A stretch of DNA of 64,000 nucleotides from Pristiophorus japonicus. Its lineage: Eukaryota. The stretch lies in contig NC_091977.1 in the NCBI RefSeq assembly GCF_044704955.1, forward strand, positions 255,316,001-255,380,000. Direction: 5' to 3'. A model generated the notes under the pieces. It was not told the DNA's origin. It did not search any database and was given only the letters and a program-made list of their open reading frames with translations. Of this stretch, positions 39,745 through 53,091 are shown in pieces (positions within the stretch are counted from its first letter, which is position 1; each line of letters opens with the position of its first letter). The position numbers and the translations under genes were made by a program.

Positions 39745-40095
39745 AGGAAATTTCACAGTTATCCACACCTAATTGCATCGACCATGTGTCTGACTGTTTC
39801 ACTAGTCTGTCTATGTCCTCCTGAATTCCGCTCCTATCCTGCTCACTATTCACTACATTGCCAAGTTTTGTATCATCCACAAACGTTGAAATTCAATTCC
39901 CTATACCCAAGTCCAGGTCATTTATATACAACAAGAAAAGCAATGGTCTGTGTATCGACCCCTGGGGGACCCCACTGCATATTGCTCTCCCTGTCAGAAA
40001 AACATCCGTTCACCACTATTCTCTGCCTCTTAACCCTTCGCCAATTGCGTACCCAAGTTATCACCATCCCTTGAATATCATGTGCTTCTCTTTTC
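39745..40095 (-). mobile_element. CR1-like RT fragment
   Basis: WVRNW...QRIVVNG and DDTKLG motifs. Confidence 0.75.
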
Positions 40096-40104
40096 CATCT
40101 ATTG

Positions 40105-40615
40105 AGAAATATTAGGAAGGCCGAACTCATTGTCTTTGGTCCTGGCCTATTTCCACTTCTGTAACATTGCCCCTCTCTGCTCCTGCCTCAGCTCATCTGC
40201 TGCTGAAACCCTCATCCATGGCTTTGTTACCTCTAGACTTAATTACTCCAATGCACTCCTGGCTAACCTCCCACATTCTACCCTACGTAAATTAGAGGTA
40301 ATAAAAAACTCTGCCGCCATGTCCTAACTTGCATCAAGTCCCGCCCACCCATCACCCCTGTGCTCGCCGATCTACATTGGCACCCGATTAACCAACACCT
40401 CGATTTCAAAATTCTCATCCTAGTTTACAAATCCCTCCATGGCCTCGCCCCTCCCTATCTGTAATCTTCTTCAGCCTCACAAACCCCCCGAGATATCTGC
40501 GCTTCTCAAATTCTGCCCTCGGTGGCCATGCCTTCAGCTACCAAGGCCCTAAGCTCTGGAACTCCCTCCCTAAACCTCTTTGCCTCCATTAAGATGCTCC
40601 TTAAAATCTACCTCT
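40105..40615 (+). mobile_element. L2-type LINE 3' fragment
   Basis: ETLIHGFVTSRLNYSN and HITPVLADLHW; similar to 55830-56590. Confidence 0.75.
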
Positions 40616-40639
40616 GTATTCAGGACCTGACATTTGCCA

Positions 40640-42600
40640 TAAACCTCCTTTCTCTGTTTTGCTTTAAACTCTATTTCCTATGTCATAGATATGCTTGGCT
40701 TGTACCTGAACTATCTCCACCTGGAAGGCCTGTCATTTGCTCATTTACTCTTTTCTTGGCCAATTTTTTTTTCCCAGTCCACTTGTGCTGGATCCTTTCT
40801 CAATCACTGAAATTGGCTCTCCTCCAGTTGGGTACTTTTGACTTTGATTTTTCTGTGTCCCTTTTCATAACTACTTTAAACCCAATAATATTATGATCAC
40901 TATTGCCCAGATGTTCTCCCACTGAAACACACTTGCCCTGCTTCATTGCTCAGAACTAGATCCAGCACTGCTTCCTTCCTCATTGGGCTAGAAACATATT
41001 GATGAAGAAAAATCTCCTGTACATATTTTTGTAATTGATCAGCCTCTTTGCTCTTTACTCTGTCTTTTCCCCAATCTATATTAGGTTATCTGAAGTCCCC
41101 TACTAACACTGCTTTATTATTTTTACATTTCTCTGAATTTTGCCTGCAGATTTGCTTCTCTAACTCCTTCTCACTATTTGCAGGTCTTTAGTAAACACCC
41201 AGCAATGTAACAGCTCCCTTTCTGTTCCTTAACTTTAACCAAATAGATTCAGTCTTTGAACCCTCTAGTGTATTGTCGCTCTGTAGAACTGGAATATTAT
41301 CAGTGATCAATGCTGCCATCCACCCCATTCTTGACTTGTTTCCTTCACTGTCCCTCCTGAATACATTGTAGCCAGGTTTTCTGCCCATGTTTAAGCTGAG
41401 TCTCTGTTATAGTCACTATATCATAACCCCATGTGGCAACTTGCACCTGTAATTCAGTAAGTCGTCAAGGGAGTCAAGAGATATGGACAGCGGGCAGGGA
41501 AGTGGAGTTGAGGCCAAGATCAGATCAGCATGATCTTATTGAATGGTGGAACAGGCTCGCGGGGCCAGATGGCCTACTCCTGCTCATATTTCTTATGTTC
41601 TTATGTTCTTATAACCTTATTTGTAACATTACTCGAATGAACACATTTGCATGCCAACACCATGCTAGTTGGCTTTGCTTTTTTCCACCATCTAATTCCT
41701 GCTCTTTCTACACTATTCGTTGTTCTGTTGCTGTTTGTCCCTCCTTGTTTTCTATATACATTATCTATCCTCTCTGCTGCTGTGTCCTGGTGCCCCTCCA
41801 CCTGCCAAATTATTTGAAACCCTCCCCCACAGCACTAGTTAGTGGTCCTGTGAGGACCATTGGTCACAGCCCTGTTTAGATGCAACAGTTTCCTTCTGCC
41901 CCAGAACTGGTACCAATGCCCCAGGGAGCTGAAGCCCTCCCTCCTGCAACACTGCTCCAGCCACACATTCACTGCTCTATCTTCCTGTTTCTATACTCAC
42001 TACTAGAAAGACTTGAAAGAAAGATGTGATTTATATAGTGCCTTTCACAGCCAATGAAGTACTTTTGGAGTGTCGTCACTGTTGTCATGCGGGAAACGTG
42101 GCAGCCAATTTGCGCACAAGCAGTCTCTCACAAACAGCAATGTGATAATGACAAGATAATCTGTTTTTTTGTTATGTTGATTGAGAGATAAAAATTGGCC
42201 AGGACACCAGGGATAGCTCTCCTGCTCTTCTTCGAAATAGTGAAATGGGATCTTTTACATCCACCTGAGAGAGCAACTGGCGCCTCAGTTTCACGTCTCA
42301 TCTGAAAGACGGCACTGGGAGTAATCCAGAGATTACAACCTTTGAGGTCCTATTCTTTATGATTTTGTTAGCTCCTGAAACTCTTTCTGTAGGACCCCAA
42401 CCCTTTTGCTACCTATGTCATTGGACCATGACATTTGGTGTTCCCCTTCCCTTTGCAGAATGCCCTACACCCGTTCAGTGATATCCTCTACCCTGGCACC
42501 AGGAAGGCAACACACTAGTTGGTTGCAGAAACACATGTCTATCCCCCTGACTATTCAATCCTGTATTACCACTGCATTTCTACACTTTCTTGTGCCCCCT
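40640..42600 (-). mobile_element. Decayed CR1-like LINE (ORF1 esterase and endonuclease), interrupted by a short plus-strand tail and a SINE
   Basis: GYNVFRRD...TESIWL...LLGVY at 41188-41388; ORF1 motifs at 41850-42000 and 42316-42510. Confidence 0.75.
42006..42315 (-). mobile_element. 5'-truncated Deu-domain SINE (SacSINE1/AmnSINE1-like)
   Basis: Minus strand GTGCCGTCTTTCAGATGAGACG...CAGGTGGATGTAAAAGATCCCAT...GAAGAAGAGCAGG resembles the Deu core as recalled; (TCTT)n tail. Confidence 0.8.
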
Positions 42601-42838
42601 GTGCCTCTCACTATGCCATGGATTTACTTCTGACTGCACACTCCAAGGATCCATCACTGGTACTTAACACTGAGGTGATTGTCACACAATCTCCTGGGAG
42701 AGATAATAAAAGAGAGAAAAAAACCTGAAGCCAATTTAGGAAGCCCTTTGAGAAGTTCCTCTTCACCACCCTAAGGCAATAAAGCAAAGCTTCACAGGAC
42801 CATGGTATCTCATTAATCCTTCTATTCCTAGATACCTA

Positions 42839-45116
42839 GGCCCCAATTTTCCCCAAAGAAAAAAAAGACCTTAAATTACCTGGTCGTCTGTTTTTTTTTA
42901 GGCCTCTCAGTGCTGAAAATAAAAAAATCGTAGTTTCTTCATCATATGCGCACCCTCTGGCACGGGCGCTACCTGATCCAACTCTCCTGGGCAGAGCCTC
43001 CAGTGTGTGCTGAAACGGCACAGCGCATGCGAGAGAAAAGAAATTCGAACCCACTGCGCATCCACACAATAAAAAATGACCCATCTTCACATGCACAGTG
43101 CAAAGTATTAAAAAAAAACAGTATGTGTGGGGACTGTGTGGATCACCATTGAGAATCCATTGGTGGCAGAGGTAGTTTCACAGGTAGGAAATACAGCTTT
43201 GGTCATGAGATGGCTGCAATGGAAGAGCGCAGAGAAGGCGAAAGGGCCAGGGACGGAGAAGGGGAAACCGTAAGGACGAAGAGATTTCGTGTGGACGAAA
43301 TTGAGTGCCTGGTAGACTTAATCGAGAGTGGATGGGGAGTTCTTGAGAACAAGGGGTGCTTCGGAAAAAATAAGCTTAAACCGTCTGCACTCGCAAAAGT
43401 TTGGGACCAGGTTGCAGTCGAGTTTAATGGAACATCCAAGACCCCAAGAACTGGTGCGCAGCTGAAAAAGAAGTGGCAGGACCTCGGACGAGCAATGACT
43501 GTAAGTAATAAGATAAATTTACATTTATTTGGGCTTTAAAATATATGTATATTTATGCACTGCAATAACATCTGTAAATATGATCCGTGTGCTTGTCCGT
43601 ATATGCGCACTTGTGTTCAGAAGGACCCTCTCTAAAAAATTTGCATTTGCATCTTTGCAGAAGATGGTGTCACAGATCAAATGAGAACGGTCACAAACTG
43701 GCAGAGGTCCACCAAGTAGGCTGTAACTAACAGCCCTGGAGCAGAGGATAGCGTCGATGATTAATTAAATGCCACAGGAAAAGTCCAACAATTAATGCGG
43801 AAGCTGGGCCCAGTTTTCCATTCGAGAGTAAGCCCTGCAAATTGCACAGTCTGGGTTGGTTAAATGGTACGTCAGGCATGTGCTTCCTACGCTTCTCCTT
43901 CCTCAATGCTGCTAACCAAGCATCTATCTTGTTTCGTAGAGCTGGAGCATCAGGAGGAGACTGAAGGTGTACCTGAAGTTGAAGGCAAGAATGTTCAAGA
44001 AAACGGCACATCAGATATTACAACTCAGGACAATGATGGGCAGCAAGTAGTCATGGACGATGAGATGGTCACCCTGGATTTGGAGATGCTGAACCCCTCG
44101 AGGATTCCAAGTCCTTTCATGAGCGAATCAAGCGAGAGGTTTGACGTCTGATGCTGCGGGTACAAGTGTGTGGCAGCAAGCCACATCTGCGAGACATCAT
44201 AGGAGAGCGAACTCCATACCTGATCCAGAAACACTGGACTCTGAAAACTTTGGACGTCTTGTGGGAATGAATAGGGAGAACATCGAGCAATCTCGATTGC
44301 TCCTGTAAGAAGTTGGTGGGGTGAGGGCAGAGTTGGAGGGACTGTCCTTACAGGTTGAAAGACTTTTGGAATGGTTGGATGAGGTATTATCGGCAATAGG
44401 GGGGCTCACCCAGGCTGTCCTTAATGCGAGGAGCGCTTTGCACACAATACCAAATTCAAGGGTTGATCCTGAGGAAGAGGTTGATGATGAAGAGGTACCC
44501 GTGCATTCTGCCATGACACATTTTGGTGCTGTCCCTGTAGTAACCCAGCATCAAGAAATGCCGCACCAGAAAAGGAACAGACTACACCTGGGGGTACGGG
44601 GGGGGGCAAGGAAGCAGAAGTCTGCAACTACGAGCACGTGCAGGGGTGGCGGCATCTATTGGGGCAGGATTGACAGACAGTGCAAATGAAGAGGATAGAT
44701 GTCTTGTTTGTTTTTTGGTTTATTTCATTGACTGTTGTTTGTAAGGCTTGCCACGGCTCTGAATAAAGTTTTTGAAGTTTTGAAGATTTAAACATAAGTA
44801 AAGTGACGCTAATCCCAACTGTGTCATACAAATGTTTAATAAACATTTTAATTTTGGTCTTTTAACCTGACTCCTGCACTTCATTTTTTAATGCTGCACT
44901 AATAAATATTACAGGATAACCGGGCTGAAAATGTAAAATGGCATTACCCCTTGCAACCTATTGGTTTAAATGATACAGGGGCAGGTTCCAGTACTGAGGT
45001 GTTCATGGATCCTGCCTTGTTCTGGGTCACTGATGCATGCAACGAAGTACCATGGTGCATATATCAGTGACCCTCACCCAGACTGGATCCATGAACAACT
45101 TAGTCTTAATGTTCAC
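42839..45116 (+). mobile_element. Harbinger element remnant carrying a Myb/SANT gene
   Basis: TIR-like GGCCCCAATTTTCC at 42839; spliced Myb gene; AATAAA at 44762 and 44838. Confidence 0.75.
43210..44689 (+). pseudogene. Harbinger Myb/SANT-like DNA-binding gene, 3 exons (43210-43500, 43661-43827, 43940-44689)
   Basis: RF...E...L, VWDQVA, RTGAQLKKKWQDL; GTAAGT at 43501, TTGCAG ending 43660, GTAAG at 43828, CGTAG ending 43939; internal stops. Confidence 0.82.
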
Positions 45117-45430
45117 TGTAATATATATAGCTCCACCTGTGGACTACGGTGGCACTGCAGCCAGTGCTGTGTACAAATAAAGAGGGAACAGGTCACCTGA
45201 CTCGAAGTTCCGGAGTGTTCTGCCATCTTAAAGGCTGACTGTGTTTATGAGTTGTACTGAAGATATAACAATGGCGATGAGAATGGGATAATCAGGGAAA
45301 AAGCTGCAATTTTGTTGGTGGATGATTCAGCCAACTGACAGAGAGACTTTGAGAGCTTCTCTGTTTTGATTAACAGCTATAAATCCAGGGTAAATTACAA
45401 GCAAACTTATCTGAACTGCCAGAATCCAGA

Positions 45431-48420
45431 TGGCTGCGCCTATGGGAGTAATAGTGTGTTTGGGGGAGCTTCAATGCGACTGTGAAAGTTTCAGAGCAAA
45501 TATGGAGCGGCTATAAATGATTTGCACCACAAATAATATCGAACGCCCCACTGATGAAAACCATAACCGGGTGGTGTTAGAAAGAGAGCGGGCTATTTTC
45601 TTAACTGAAGCAGTGCCCGGGCTGTATGAAACCCTGAAAAACTTGCTTGTGCCTGTCAAGCGAAAGGACACAACTCTGAAGCAGATTCTACAGTCCTGAA
45701 CCCCTGGAAATTACTGAAAGTTATTGTTTCAGAATATGAGATCAGTTAACCGAAGAAAATATCAATGAGTACATTGTAGCATTAAAAAAGCTATTCACTG
45801 TCATTTTGGAAACCTTCAGGACCGAGCATTGCATGACCACTTTGTTTGTGGGATGAAAAATGATGCAATCAGAAGAAAGGTTTTGACAATGCCTAACTTG
45901 ACTTTTGATTCAGCATGTCAGACAGCTATGTCAATGAACATGGCCGACCAATATTCCTGGGAATTTCATACCATTTCCAGTCGTCAGAAAACTGAGGTGA
46001 ATCGCCTTCAGGTTAAAAATAAAAGGCAGTTGGGCCCCAAGGTCTCAGAACCTGGCAATGTTAACAGAGCATTGAAGTCCTGCTATCTGTGCCTGGGAGA
46101 ATACATTACTCAAAGTTGTCCATATGTGAAGGCAGAGTGTTTCATCTGCAGGAAAACTGGGCACCTTGTGAAGGCATGCCGACTGAAGGGTAAACCAGCT
46201 TTCAAAGCTATAAGTAGAAATCTCCAGAGACGATATAGCATGGAAGAAAAACAACTGGACAAGGAGGTTTTAGAGCTACACATCATCAGGAGCATGAGGT
46301 TAACTAACAGCGATTCAAAAAGTATCATAATCCATATAGATGTTACAGAAACCAAGATACCCATGGAAATCGACACTGGTGCATCCGTGAGTGCAGTACC
46401 AGAGTCACTATACCTCGACAAATTGCGTAATTTCCCATTGAAGAAATCCAAGATAGAGCTGTGAGGCTACTCAGGAGGGAAGATTCCTGTGGTAGGTCAT
46501 ATCACTGTACCAGTGAAATACAAGGATGAATTTAGAGCTTGCCTCTATTAGTAGTGGCAGAAGACAAGCCTGCCTTACTAGGAAGAAATTGGTTGGGTCA
46601 CTGAAGCTGGATTGGCGTGAGATTTTTTTGTGTTGCAACGAGATTTGCATCAAAGGATGATGTCATCAAGAATTATCCGAAGGTGTTCTGCGAAACAGGC
46701 AGTCCGATCCAAGGCTTCAAGGCAAGTGTCAGGGTACTGAAGGATGATAGATCGGTTTACTGCAAGCCACGTTCCGTACCATATGCACTCAAGGAGAAAG
46801 TTGAGCAAGAACTCAAAAGACTAGAGACTGAGAACATTATTTCTAAGATAGATCTATGTAATTGGGCTACACCCATTGTTGTTATACCTGAGTCCGATGG
46901 TAAGGTAAGATTTTGTGGCGATTATAAAGTAACCGTAAACCAGGTTCTTAAGGTTAATCTCCTCAATACATTGCCAAATGTAGAAGATTTGTTCACAACA
47001 CTGACAGGTGGTCAAATCTTCTCAAGGTTGGATGTTAGAAATGCCTACTTACAGCTTGAACTAGATGAGGAGTCCAAGTCATGCTTACTCATCTAGGCCT
47101 ATGTCAATTTAATAGGCTACCATTTGGAGTGTCTTCCGCCCCTGCCATATTCCAATGGGTGATGAAGCAGATTTTGCAAGGTATTGAAGGGGTAGTATGT
47201 TATTTAGAAGACCAAATGGGCAAATTCATAATAACATATTGAATGAAGTCCTCAAACGGCTAGAGAAGCACAGATTACGAGTGTCTGCTCGCAAGTGTGA
47301 GTTATTTCAAAACTCAGTGGAGTACTTAGGGTACAGAGCAGACAAAGATGGTTTACATCCAACCAAGGGAAAGCTAGATGCAATCAGAAATGCACCCACT
47401 CCCAAGAATGTCACTGAACTGCGATCATTTTTGGGTCTTTTGAACTATTATGGGAAGTTCCTACCAAATTTGACTACAGTATTACATCCACTGAATGAAC
47501 TATTGAAAAGTTTTGGAAGTGGTCAGAAGAATGTGATACAGCATTCAAGGAGTGTAAAAGCAAATTGGTAGAGAGCACCATGTTAGTTCACTATGACGTA
47601 TCTAAGGAGATGAAGCTAGCATGTGACACCTCGCTGTATGAAGTTGGGGCAGTGATCTCTCATGTGCTACATAGTGGGGAGGAGAACCCAATTGCTTTTG
47701 CTTCACACACTCTCAGTGCCAGTGAGCGTAATTATGCGCAAATCAAAAGGGAAGCTTTGGCATTAATTTTTGGGGTCAAGAAGTTCCACAAATACTTGTA
47801 TGGTCATAAGTTTACCATCATTATGGACCATAAACACCTGACAACAATCCTCCATCCAAAGTCCCCAGTTCCAACATTAGCTGCAGCATATACATATGAT
47901 ATTGAATACAAATGATCAGCTGATCCCAGTACTGCTGATGCTATGTCGAGATTGCCTTCCCCATCACAAGTTACACCCGATAGGGAAGAAGTGTTTTATT
48001 TTTCATACATTGATGAACTGCCAGTCACAGTTGAAGAACACCAGCAGAGTTGTTTCTTAAACGACAGCCATGAACCAGATTCTCGTTGTTAAAACCAAAC
48101 TTGGCACAGTCCGTAGAAGAGAAACAATTAAGACAGAAAGAGAATCTTGATAGAGATAGAGTAAAAGAGAGAAGTGTGAAATTCAATTAGAAGGTGAGAG
48201 TGAAGAACCATCACCATAAATGGTTAAAGTGGTTACCAGGAAGAATGGTGAAGATATGTGGTCCTCATACATATTTGGTCAAGGTGTTTGATCATGGACA
48301 GGTAAGGTTTGTTCACATTGATCATATTTTACCTAAGGACATGAAAGTAGTTGAAGTGGGAATGAGTCAATTATTTCTGACTCATCAGATAGTTTTGTTA
48401 CAAGTAAAGTACCAGTAGCA
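45431..48420 (+). pseudogene. gag-pol of Gypsy element 2, many frameshifts, integrase core deleted
   Basis: CFICRKTGHLVKAC, EIDTGAS, WATPIV, CGDYK, LRSFLGLLNYY, KREALA; jumps to the IN C-terminus near 48040. Confidence 0.9.
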
Positions 48421-48537
48421 TATCCGACATCCAATGTACTGGAAACAATTCCAAGAGAAAATCAGAATTTAAGTCTGAGTCCAAGTCAGGCAGACAAACA
48501 GTTTGAAGATAGAGAGAATTCAAATGGAAATCAAGGG

Positions 48538-48736
48538 TGTTGTGTATCTGTAAAGCATGCACTCCCATGTCCCGCCATCAGGGAGCTCATTCCCTGAAGT
48601 CCCAAGGAATCCCAGCATCCCTTGGGAGCACTGTATATAAGGCCTGTTCCTCACTCTGGAGTGTCTTATTAAAGACTGAGGTCATTGTTACTTTGACCTC
48701 CATGTGTGCAGTCTCATGTGTGTTAGGAACACAATA
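48538..48736 (+). mobile_element. Solo LTR of a different family nested in Gypsy element 2
   Basis: TGTTGTGT...ACACAATA ends, 5-bp TSD AAGGG (48533-48537, 48737-48741), TATATAA and ATTAAA inside. Confidence 0.88.
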
Positions 48737-49329
48737 AAGGGCATCCCTTGGAGGAAAACTTTCCTCAGGATCAGCCTCGAATGAGTTTAAATTCAACACT
48801 ATGGTTGGAAGGTTCTGTTCAAGAGTGAAGGTATCCTCTTCGAAACAGAAAAGAAGTGGTTAAGCTTGATTTGTAAATATGGCTAAATAAGTCCATATAT
48901 TTTGTTACGCCTAACCATGCAAGTTTGTATGATGATTATTTTGTTATAATTACTATTTCATTAAGAAGGGAGAAGTGTAATATATATAGCTCCACCTGTG
49001 GACTACTGTAGCATTGCAACCAGTGCTGTGTGCAAATAAAGAGGGAACAGGTCACCTGATTAAAATTTCCGGAGTGTTCTGCCATCTTAAAGACTGTGTG
49101 TGTTTGTGAGTTGTACTGAAGATATAAAAGCACTCCAACACACCCAAACTCCAGTTAAACATTCAAGTTTGGTGGAGGGAATATTTAATAGCCATTATGT
49201 GATGTCCACCGAAGCACTTCAACACTCCTTTGAAACATAAAAAATGTGTGATGGTAACATTTAATATAAATTTATATATTTTTCACTTAATCACGCCAAC
49301 ATTTCACAAAAACCGAAAAGATTTGTGGT

Positions 49330-52300
49330 GGGATTACATTTTTTTTCAATTTAAAGTTCCACCTTTAAAAGAGATCACTGCTGCTAGCCTTTGAGCCTGG
49401 AGTGCCTTGCACTGTCCTTTGTGTGCAGACCTTCGGCCTTGGCTAGCAGTGGGCATGTGGGAGGAGGACCTTCGGCTGGGGACTAGCAGCGGCTCCAGTC
49501 GACGTCCAGGAGAGTGGGGAAAAGGCTGCACTGCATCGCAGAAGAAGAAGAGGTTTGGAATACTGATTTGACATTTTTACAACTTTTTAATGTTTTCATT
49601 GAACTATTTGGATTATTTTGGGCCGTGAGGACATCGATGGAAAAAGGTATGGATTTATTTTTTTGCCATCATTCTTTTTTCATCGCAGGAGCATCAGTAT
49701 GGGTAAGTTTTTATTTATTTTATATTTATACCTGCTTATAGTTTAAATTTGGTCTTTAACTTAGCTTACAGTTTAATTCTAAATTAAGTGGAAGCCTCTT
49801 CAGCCAGGGATAGCAGCGGGCCAGTGCGATTCTCTAACTGCAGGTAAGTGTTTCTCCTACGGTATTTCTAGGATCTCTGTGCTGGTTTAAAGCATTTTGG
49901 AGTTGGGGAAAGTTTAACTTATGTGAAAAAATGCTGCAGTAAAGTGCCCATAGTGGCTACATAGCTGCAAGACTCTTATGTCAGCAGCTCATAAATGAGC
50001 GCTTTGCTTGAAATAACTTTGGTGGTATTTACAAAGCTGCAAGACTGCAAGACAGCTCATACATGAATGGTGTGTATTCCCTTGGTGACAGTTAAAGTTT
50101 AAGTTGATTAAGGGGATGTTGAATTATCCCCTTTGATGTTAAGGAATCACCAGTGTATAACAGTGCAGCTATCTGAGACAATGCGCAACAATGGTATGTG
50201 AAATAAAAAACATCTAATGAGAACAGTTGTATAAAATCATAATTATAACTATAAAAAACACCCCACCTCACCACACCCCACAGCAAATTTATAATATTTA
50301 TATCATTCATTAAATGTTTAACATTTCCAACAACACTTCATAAACAGAGAACACAAATGCAAAAAAACAAGGTACCCCTTCCCCCCTTCCCCCAAACCTC
50401 CCAACAAAATAGCAACAACAACTTAAAAGTACTGTGACCAATATAACTCCTGCAGCCATGCACCTCACTTTCCTTCCCCCCCACCCCCCCGCCAATGCTT
50501 CTCCTCCCCACCTCTACCCCTTCCCATTCCGACTCCCAGCCGCCTGGCCGAAATTCTCCTTAGGCACTGCTTCATTGGGGAGCATGACAGCAGAACTACT
50601 GGTTGGCCGTATACAGGAGAGGACGGTCCCAAGGAGAGAACGGCCTCCAAGTCCGAAGCAAGATTTTCCTCCTGGCTCGCATGTGTCGTTGGCAATGGGG
50701 GTGCGGCACCTTGGGGTTCAGTGCCGCGCTCCTGGACCACTGGTAGCCCTCTGCCATCCATGGCATATACTTGGTCATGGTGGAGGACATGCTGGCCAGC
50801 TGTTGGGATATGTTCCCATTGTCTGGAGGATCTGCTGACCTATTTCAACACTCCTCCTGGACAAGTGTACCAAGTCCCCGCTCAGATCTGCCGCTCGTGG
50901 AGCAGTTCTGCTGCGTCGAACCAACCTCCGCGGGATCGGCGCCAGTATGGAGACACTTGGGGTGCCCTGCAACAATGTGCTTGGGCCTGCTACCTCCATG
51001 GTGGAGGAGGACATGGCCGCAGAAGCACTAGATATCATCGGGGTTGCATAGATGATGGAGCTTGTCGATGCAGTCTCCTCAAAGTCGGCACGGTCATCAG
51101 TGGAGAAGGCACCTTGCAATTCCATGGGCGAGATTCGGGGCTCCTCAGCACCAGAATGACGATCCCCCGGCAAGGCTGCCACCGGATCTACACCTTGGCT
51201 CGGTGGTGTTGCAGGGGGCCGTGCTGAGCTACAAAACATAAATGAGGTTATTAAAGGAGAAGCGGGTGCTAGGGTCACAGGGTGATTCAAACGCTACACA
51301 CAGCATAAGCACGACAAAAGCACTACCACTATCAAAATCATCACAGACATCACGTTTCATGAACATGACCAAATTCTGCATTACAATGATTTTCATGAGG
51401 CCATCATTATTTAGATAACACTTTCATCAACCATCTATCATATATTATTGTTTGGATATGAGTGGATGTGGCATCTATTGACATTACATCACGCAATGGT
51501 GTATACTTTACTCACGTGGCATCACATCAGGTTCTGCTGCTGCCTGCGTGGCCGACCGGGGGTGGCCCCCCACTAGTGCCAGCACCGGCTCCTCGATGTC
51601 GGTGAGCTCGCCGATGACTGGTGGTCCCCCATCCGTGTACCGCTGCTCGGCCCTATTCTTCGAAAGCTTCTTCGGCAAAAGGTAACAACAGCATGACATG
51701 GCATGAGATCATTGCATGAGATCATTGCTAGGTACTGTCACAGAGATGGATACAACACATAACCGACAGATGTAATCATTATTATTATGATAATTATCAT
51801 TATTAACCTAAAGATGTACACCGTAAATGCAGGCTTTGAGTGCCAGGCATCACATCTGATCTCATTACACTTACAATTCAAATTATATAAATATATAAGT
51901 AAATTAAATAAATGTAATACTTACTCAGGCGGATCCGGCAAGGTCGTTCCAGCGCTTGCGGCACTGGTTGCCCTCACGCACCTTGTGCGTCACTGACGAG
52001 ACCACCTCGGCTATGTCGGCCCAAATCTTCTGGTAAACCTTTCGGGTGGGCTTCCCATGCCCACCCTGGGTCAATTGACCCCAGCTTGACTCCACCTCCT
52101 GCAGGAGGGAGGCATTTGCCTCGTCGGAGAATCTCCAAGCACGTTTTCGTCCTCCCACTTCGAGTTCCTCTCCTACCTCACTGCTCTCGCCAGCATCCTC
52201 CCCCTCCACACCTTCCATTTTAATAATATTTTTTTTTCAAAAATCTCCGTGCAAACAAAGTTATTTTTGCTCTCAATTCTTTTTGCTGCTGCCTACCACA

Positions 52301-52651
52301 ACAGCCAAACAACCAGACAGCAAACTCACACATGTTTTCAGTTCCTCCCTGCTCTCCCTCTCTCTCTCTCCTCTTCTGCGCATGTATTGATGACCCCTGA
52401 CCTCCTGAAATGCGGGAAACGACCATTGCCATGGCGTTGCTATGGACACCGACATTTTACGGCATCAGGGCAAAATATTTACCGCTAACGCCCATTTCAC
52501 ATCGCTCGCGTTAACACCCATTTTATAAAGTGGAAAGTTGGGGTTTTGAAAATGGGCAATAATCCGGCGATCTCAAAACCTATAATAAATGCTAACGCCA
52601 GAAATAACACCCATTTTTGGGAGATCTGCACAATAATGGAAAGTCTAGCCC
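49330..52651. mobile_element. Harbinger element with transposase largely deleted and Myb gene retained
   Basis: Right TIR AAAGTCTAGCCC ending at 52651; transposase C-terminus QQLINERFA-stop at ~49982-50011 (+); left boundary uncertain. Confidence 0.8.
50465..52218 (-). pseudogene. Harbinger Myb/SANT-like gene, 3 exons (52218-51925, 51672-51516, 51228-~50465)
   Basis: RFSDEANASLL...IWADIA...NQCRKRWNDL; donors GTAAGT and GTGAGT, acceptor TTTTGTAG; first acceptor mutated. Confidence 0.85.
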
Positions 52652-52803
52652 TATTACTCTCTATAACTCCTCTCTCAGAAATGTGCTGTGCTCCCTTTTG
52701 AAGGTCTTCAGGGAATTCATTGGCACTACATGTTTTGATAATCTGTTTGAAAAGAAATACTTTCTAATATCGAACCTAACTCTTTGCCTACATATTTTGT
52801 ACA

Positions 52804-52990
52804 CATAAGAACATAAGAACGTAAGAAATAGGAGCAGCAGTAGACCATTTGGCCCCTCGAGCCTGCTCCGCCATTCAATAAGATCATGGCTGATCTGATC
52901 ATGGACTCAGCTCCACTTCCCTACCTGCTCCCTTAAATCCTTTACTCCCTTATCACTCAAAAATCTGTCTATCTCCGCCTTAAATATGGC
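52804..52990 (-). mobile_element. CR1-like LINE 3' UTR fragment
   Basis: (CATAAGAA)n tail; sequence similar to 21306-21550. Confidence 0.85.
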
Positions 52991-53091
52991 CCCTAGTTCT
53001 CCCATTCCAGTCCATCTCAGTAACCTATCCAACTGGACAGTGCAATCCTTCATCATTTTAAAACCCACAGTCCATGTTTCTCATGGAAATA

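Larger units (their letters stand above)
45117..49129 (+). mobile_element. Degenerate Gypsy (Mag-like) element 2 with 154-bp LTRs
   Basis: LTRs 45117-45270 and 48976-49129; PBS TGGCGATGAGAATGGGAT at 45272; PPT AAGAAGGGAGAAG; TSD degenerate. Confidence 0.93.
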
